Origin: Ylistrum balloti
Lineage: Eukaryota
Direction of reading: 5' to 3'
Assembly (NCBI RefSeq): GCF_031769215.1
Contig: NW_026781885.1
Span: forward strand, 1-64,000
Length of the DNA stretch: 64,000 nt
Below are positions 56,975 to 64,000 of this stretch, one piece after another (position 1 is the first letter of the stretch; each line of letters starts with the position of its first letter). The notes under the pieces were generated by a model. The model saw only the letters and a list, made by a program, of their open reading frames with translations. It had not been told where the DNA came from and did not search any database. A program made the translations under genes and the position numbers.

Positions 56975-57161
56975 CTTACAGAAGGCCCGTTGCACAGAGC
57001 AATTGGGGTAAAGTGTCTTGCTAAAGGACAACCACTTCAAAACAGGCGGTTCTAAGCTTCCTAACAAACCGCCACGGGTACGGACACCGAAGCACGCACC
57101 TCGGATCTTGACCCGAGGTTTCGTTGGTTTACCCGCTTAGCGACCGAGCTGTCACGACCCC
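56975..57161 (-). mobile_element. tRNA-derived CORE-type SINE, degenerate
   Basis: Minus strand: head GGGGTCGTGACAGCTCGGTCGCTAAGCG...GGGTCAAGATCC (A/B-box-like), then GTTGTCCTTTAGCAAGACACTTTACCCC (CORE-like). Confidence 0.6.
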
Positions 57162-58504
57162 TTAGTTATACAGAACTGGTAGGTATTTATCTTTGGTATA
57201 GACAGATGTAGTAGATATAATCACACGGTTGTTTTATATATTGAGTTTCACTAACTGCAGTTGGATTTATGATTTATAATGTAACTTGACCTATATCAGC
57301 AATACATTTTTATGACATAACTGGCCTGTTATCCTTGCGTATGTCGTCAGTGTAATATTACATAGACCGTTTTCTTAGGCTGCCATGAATATAACATAAA
57401 TATTGTTTGATTTTCTTTGGCGAAAAGGAGTTCGATGCGTTCGATGCCATTGAGTTTAACATATCCCGGTTGTCATTTTGAGAATGTTAAATACATTTAT
57501 TTGGATTGCTATAATATATTCTTTACCTGGCAAAGTAACTATATAATACTGAGGTAAGGATGAAACAATGACAAAATATGACAAAAAAAAAAAAAAAATA
57601 CAAAACATAATACATAGATACCATTGAAAATGTATTGAAAGGGTACAAAGCCAATTATAGCAGAAAATCCAGGAAATATCAGGTCCTCTAAAAGAGAGCC
57701 GGTCGGGATAGAAACTATGAAATCGCTATGCATTCTAAGAAACAATTAAACTTACTTATGATCTTCCTTTACCGTCAACTTTAGTGATCGTTACAGTTTA
57801 TTTTAAAACAATCTTGATATCGGATAGAATTCCGAATACAGAATCAACTGCCAAGAGGGGCAAGGATGGGAAAGCGGTGGTGTAATTGAAAAATTCGTCA
57901 TAAAGAAATCGGAACATTAAGCGTATCATACACCAGAATAGAAAGCTGTTCCTGTTGGTTTCGTTGTAGGAAAACCTTGAAGTAAACGGCTGATGTAGAA
58001 GAGTTTGTCATGGCCTTGGTTTTGCGATCTTGTAAGTACATTCGATAGTCAATAATGAATTAAGAAAAGAAAACAAAAAATTACATCTAATCAACAATAG
58101 TTCTAAAAACAGTAAGAAAATGGGTGGATTGTTTCTAATCAAAAGGAACTACTTAACAAAGCCGAATTATTTTACAATTTGATCAATAAAAGATGGAAAC
58201 AACAAAATGAAATATGAACATATTGATGGACTTAAAGGTGAGGAGTGATCAAGTGTGCACCAAAGGGAGACAACCTCAAACTGAGATCGTGCTCAATGGC
58301 AAAACGAATAAAAACTATTTAAAACAAGCCTAACAGGTCGTAACATCCGGAAAATACAATGTGATGTAATTTGCAGAGGAAATAACTAAAGTTACTAATT
58401 ATTAATTTAAGAAAACAAATTTGGTTCTGTTCCCTATGAATTTATTGACAATATTAAAAAATACACAAAATTGAAAAGTAAAAAGAGTGATTCAGTATTC
58501 TGAA

Positions 58505-61500
58505 CAGTGTAAGAGATATCAGAGTAAGAGATATCAGTATAAGAGATATCAGTGTAAGAGATATCAGTGTAAGGGATATCAGTATAAGAGATATCAGTGT
58601 AAGAGATATCAGTGTAAGAGATATCAATGTAAGAGATATCAGTGTAAGAGAAATCAGTGTAAGAGATATCAGAGTAAGAGATATCAGTGTAGGAGATATC
58701 AGCGTAAGGGATATAGTAAGAGATATAAGAGTAAGAGATATCAATGTAAGAGATATCAGAGTAAGAGATATCAGTGTAAGAGAAATCAGTGTAAGAGATA
58801 TCAGAGTAAGAGATATCAGTGTAGGAGATATCAGCGTAAGGGATATCAGTGTAGGAGATATCAGCGTAAGGGATATCAGTGTAAGGAATATCAATGTAAG
58901 GGATATCAGTGTAGGAGATATCAGCGTAAGGGATATCATTGTAAGGGATATCAGTGTAAGAGATATCAGTGTAGGAGATATCAGCGTAAGGGATATCAGT
59001 GTAAGGGATATCAATGTAAGAGATATCAGTGTAGGAGATATCAGCGTAAGGGATATCAGTGTAAGGGATATCAGTGTAAGGGATATCAGTGTAAGAGATA
59101 TCAGTGTAGGAGATATCAGTGTAGGAGATATCAGCGTAAGGGATATCAGTGTAAGAGATATCGGTGTAAGGGATATCAGTGTAAGGGATATCAGTGTAAG
59201 GGATATCAGTGTAAGAGATATCAATGTAAGAGATATCAGAGTAAGAGATATCATTGTAAGAGAAATCAGTGTAAGAGATATCAATGTAAGAGATATCAGA
59301 GTAAGGGATATCAATGTAAGAGATATCAATGAAAGAGATATCAGTGTAAGAGAGGGATATCAGAGTAAGAGATATCAGTGTAAGAGACATCCGTGTAAGA
59401 GGTATCATTGTAAGGGATATCAGTGTAAGAGATATCAGTGTAGGAGATATCAATGTAAGAGATATCAGTGTAAGAGATATCAGTGTAGGAGATATCAGCG
59501 TAAGGGATATCAGTGTAAGAGATATCGGTGTAAGAGATATCAGTGTAAGAGATATAAGAGTAAGAGATATCAATGTAAGAGATATCAGAGTAAGAGATAT
59601 CAGTGTAAGAGAAATCAGTGTAAGAGATATCAGAATAAGAGATATCAGTGTAGGAGATATCAGCGTAAGGGATATCAGTGTAGGAGATATCAGCGTAAGG
59701 GATATCAGTGTAAGGAATATCAATGTAAGGGATATCAGTGTAGTAAGAGATATCAGCGATATAAGGGATATCATCAGTGTGTAAGGGATATCAGTGTAAG
59801 AGATATCAGTCAGTGTAAGAGTAGGAGATATCAGCGATATCAGTGTAGGGATATCAGTGTAAGGGATATCAATGTAAGGATATAGTGTAAGAGTAAGAGT
59901 ATGTAAGAGTAGGAGATATCAGCAGTGTAAGAGATATCAGAGTAAGAGATATCAGAGGAGGAGATATCAGCGGAAGGGATATCAGTGTAAGGGATATCAG
60001 TGTGTAAGAGATATCAGTGTGATATAGTAAGAGATATCAGTGTAGGAGATATCAGTGTAAGGGATATCGTAAGGGATATCAGTGTAAGAGATATCAGTGT
60101 AAGGGATATCAGTGTAAGGGATATCAGTGTAAGGGATATCAGTGTAAGGGATATCAGTGTAAGAGATATCAATGTAAGAGATATCAGTGTAGGAGATATT
60201 AGTGTAAGGGATATCAGTGTAAGGGATATCAGAGTAAGAGATATTAATGTAAGAGATATCAGAGTAAGAGATATCATTGTAAGAGAAATCAGTGTAAGAG
60301 ATATCAATGTAAGAGATATCAGAGTAAGGGATATCAATGTAAGAGATATCAATGAAAGAGATATCAGTGTAAGAGAGGGATATCAGAGTAAGAGATATCA
60401 GTGTAAGAGACATCCGTGTAAGAGGTATCATTGTAAGGGATATCAGTGTAAGAGATATCAGTGTAGGAGATATCAGTGTAGGAGATATCAGTGTAGGAGA
60501 TATCAATGTAAGAGATATCAGTGTAAGAGATATCAGCGTAAGGGATATCAGTGTAAGAGATATCGGTGTAAGAGATATCAGTGTAAGAGATATAAGAGTA
60601 AGAGATATCAATGTAAGAGATATCAATGTAAGAGATATCAGTGTAAGAGAAATCAGTGTAAGAGATATCAGAGTAAGAGATATCAGTGTAGGAGATATCA
60701 GCGTAAGGGATATCAGTGTAGGAGATATCAGCGTAAGGGATATCAGTGTAAGGAATATCAATGTAAGGGATATCAGTGTAGGAGATCAGCGTAAGTGATA
60801 TCATTGTAAGGGATATCAGTGTAAGAGATATCAGTGTAAGGGATATCAGTGTAAGGGATATCAATGTAAGAGATATCAGTGTAGGAGATATCAGCGTAAG
60901 GGATATCAGTGTAAGGGATATCAGTGTAAGGGATATCAGTGTAGGAGATATCAGTGTAGGAGATATCAGCGTAAGGGATATCAGTGTAAGATATATCGGT
61001 GTAAGGGATATCAGTGTAAGGGATATCAGTGTAAGGGATATCAGTGTAAGGGATATCAGTGTAAGAGATATCAATGTAAGAGATATCAGTGTAGGAGATA
61101 AGTGAGGGATATCAGTGTAAGGGATATCAGAGTAAGAGATATTAATGTAAGAGATATCAGAGTAAGAGATATCATTGTAAGAGAAATCAGTGTAAGAGAT
61201 ATCAATGTAAGAGATATCAGAGTAAGGGATATCAATGTAAGAGATATCAATGAAAGAGATATCAGTGTAAGAGAGGGATATCAGAGTAAGAGATATCAGT
61301 GTAAGAGACATCCGTGTAAGAGGTATCATTGTAAAGGATATCAGTGTAAGAGATATCAGTGTAGGAGATATCAATGTAAGAGATATCAGTGTAAGGGATA
61401 TCAGAGTAAGATAAATCAGTGTAAGAGATATCAGTGAAAGAGATATCAATGTAAGAGATATCAGTGTAAGAGATATCAATGTAAGTGATATCAGTGTAAG

Positions 61501-63843
61501 AGATATCAGTGTAAGGGATATCATTGTAAGAGATATCAGTGTAAGGGATATCAGTGTTAAAGATATCGATGTAAGAGATATCAGAGTAAGAGATATCAGA
61601 GTGAGAGATATCAGTGTAAGAGATATCAATGTAAGAGATATCAATGTAAGGGATATCATTGTAAGAGATATCAGTGTAAGAGATATCAATGTAAGAGATA
61701 TCAGTGTAAGAGATATCAGTGTAGGAGATATCAGTGTAAAGGATATCAGTGTAGGAGATATCAGTGTAAGAGATATCAGTGAAGGAGATATCAGTGTAAG
61801 GGATATCAGTGTAAGGGATATCAGTGTAGGAGATATCAGTGTAAGAGATATCAGCGTAAGGGATATCAGTGGGATATCAGTGTAGGAGATATCAGTGTAA
61901 GAGATATCAGTGTAAGGGATATCAGTGGGATATCAGTGTAGGAGATATCAGTGTAAGAGATATCAGTGTAAGGGATATCAGTGGGATATCAGTGTAGGAG
62001 ATATCAGTGTAGGAGATATCAATGTAAGAGATATCAGCGTAAGGGATATCAGTGGGATATCAGTGTAGGAGATATCAGTGTAAGAGATATCAGTGTAAGG
62101 GATATCAGTGGGATATCAGTGTAGGAGATATCAGTGTAGGAGATATCAATGTAAGAGATATCAGTGTAAGAGATATCAGTGTAAGAGATATCAGTGTAAG
62201 AGATATCAGTGTAAGAGATATCAGTGTAAGAGATATCAGTGTAAGGGGTATCAGTGTAGGAGATATCAGTGTAAGGGGTATCAGTGTAAGGGGTATCAGT
62301 GTAAGGGGTATCAGTGTAAGAGATATCAGTGTAAGAGATATCAGTGTAAGAGATATCAGTGTAGGAGATATCAGTGTAAGGGGTATCAGTGTAAGGGGTA
62401 TCAGTGTAAGGGGTATCAGTGTAAGAGATATCAGTGTAAGAGATATCAGTGTAAGAGATATCAGTGTAGGAGATATCAGTGTAAGGGGTATCAGTGTAAG
62501 GGGTATCAGTGTAAGGGGTATCAGTGTAAGGGGTATCAGTGTAAGGGGTATCAGTGTAAGGGGTATCAGTGTAAGAGATATCAGTGTAAGAGATATCAGT
62601 GTAAGAGATATCAGTGTAAGAGATATCAGTGTAAGGGGTATCAGTGTAAGAGATATCAGTGTAAGGGGTATCAGTGTAAGGGGTATCAGTGTAAGGGGTA
62701 TCAGTGTAAGGGGTATCAGTGTAAGGGGTATCAGTGTAAGAGATATCAGTGTAAGAGATATCAGTGTAAGAGATATCAGTGTAAGAGATATCAGTGTAAG
62801 AGATATCAGTGTAAGAGATATCAGTGTAAGGGATATCAGTGTAAGGGGTATCAGTGTAAGAGATATCAATGTAAGAGATATCAGTGTAGCAGATATCAGT
62901 GTAAGGGATATCAGTGTAAGAGATATCATTGTAAGAGATATCAGTGTAGGAGATATCAGTGTAGGAGATATCAGTGTAGGAGATATCAGTGTAAGAGATA
63001 TCAGTGTAGGAGATATCAGTGTAAGAGATATCAGTGTAAGAGATATCAGTGTAAGAGATATCAGTGTAGGAGATATCAGTGTAAGAGATATCAGTGTAAG
63101 AGATATCAGTGTAGGAGATATCAGTGTAAGAGATATCAGTGTAAGAGATATCAGTGTAAGAGATATCAGTGTAGGAGATATCAGTGTAAGAGATATCAGT
63201 GTAAGAGATATCAGTGTAAGAGATATCAGTGTAAGAGATATCAGTGTAAGAGATATCAGTGTAAGGGGTATCAGTGTAGGAGATATCAGTGTAAGGGATA
63301 TCAGTGTAAGGGGTATCAGTGTAGGAGATATCAGTGTAAGGGATATCAATGTAAGGGATATCAGTGTAAGGGATATCAGTGTAAGGGGTATCAGTGTAGG
63401 AGATATCAGTGTAAGGGATATCAATGTAAGGGATATCAGTGTAAGGGATATCAGTGTAAGGGGTATCAGTGTAGGAGATATCAGTGTAAGGGGTATCAGT
63501 GTAGGAGATATCAGTGTAAGGGGTATCAGTGTAGGAGATATCAGTGTAAGGGGTATCAGTGTAAGGGGTATCAGTGTAGGAGATATCAGTGTAAGGGGTA
63601 TCAGTGTAGGAGATATCAGTGTAAGGGGTATCAGTGTAGGAGATATCAGTGTAAGGGGTATCAGTGTAGGAGATATCAGTGTAAGGGATATCAGTGTAAG
63701 GGGTATCAGTGTAGGAGATATCAGTGTAAGGGGTATCAGTGTAGGAGATATCAGTGTAAGGGGTATCAGTGTAGGAGATATCAGTGTAAGGGGTATCAGT
63801 GTAGGAGATATCAGTGTAAGGGGTATCAGTGTAAGGGGTATCA
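58505..63843. repeat. 15-bp tandem satellite (CAGTGTAAGAGATAT), about 350 copies with variant domains and higher-order blocks
   Basis: Direct reading; GATATC in most units. Confidence 0.97.
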
Positions 63844-64000
63844 CATTGTACTCATATCTATTTTTTATCAAGTGTTATAGGAAGCTTTTTTTAGTAGAAA
63901 TTTATTTCATCAGAAAAGGCAACACTATGTATACTTTTAATGAATTTAGGTATTTGTATGATATCCAGGTAATTATTCCTTAATTTGAAGACATGGATTC

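Noticed and set aside
58434-63983. ORFs up to 643 aa (DISVR, YQCKR, LISLT pentapeptide repeats)
   Set aside because: A 15-bp satellite open in several frames on both strands at once; no codon-position bias.

Overview
Animal genomic DNA (GT-AG introns, AT-rich, very satellite-rich; a mollusc-like invertebrate host is my inference). Bases 1-11672 are the right-hand part of an endogenous Polinton/Maverick (adintovirus-type) element, with all genes on the + strand. Gene order: packaging ATPase C-terminus, penton, GxG-repeat core protein, dUTPase-fold ORF, membrane-protein ORF, conserved ORF, pVI-like ORF, major capsid protein, HEH/NUMOD1 ORF, broken protein-primed PolB, adenain protease, two fibre-like genes (the second fused to an integrase chromodomain tail), then a terminus ending in ACTACT that abuts a 40-bp satellite. 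Three viral ORFs share an N-terminal MP(V/I)HK(F/Y) module, and a ~30-bp upstream motif occurs four times, once antisense at the terminus. The host part contains an 8-exon cdc25 phosphatase (- strand, not assembled in the ORF track), a 3-exon RING-Deltex (DTX3/DTX3L-like) E3 ligase (- strand), an orphan 511-aa single-exon ORF (+), SINE remnants, a MITE-like hairpin and 14-15 tandem arrays totalling roughly 23-24 kb. Nearly all long ORFs beyond 11.6 kb are artefacts of those arrays. All family assignments are by-eye motif recognition; no database search was run.
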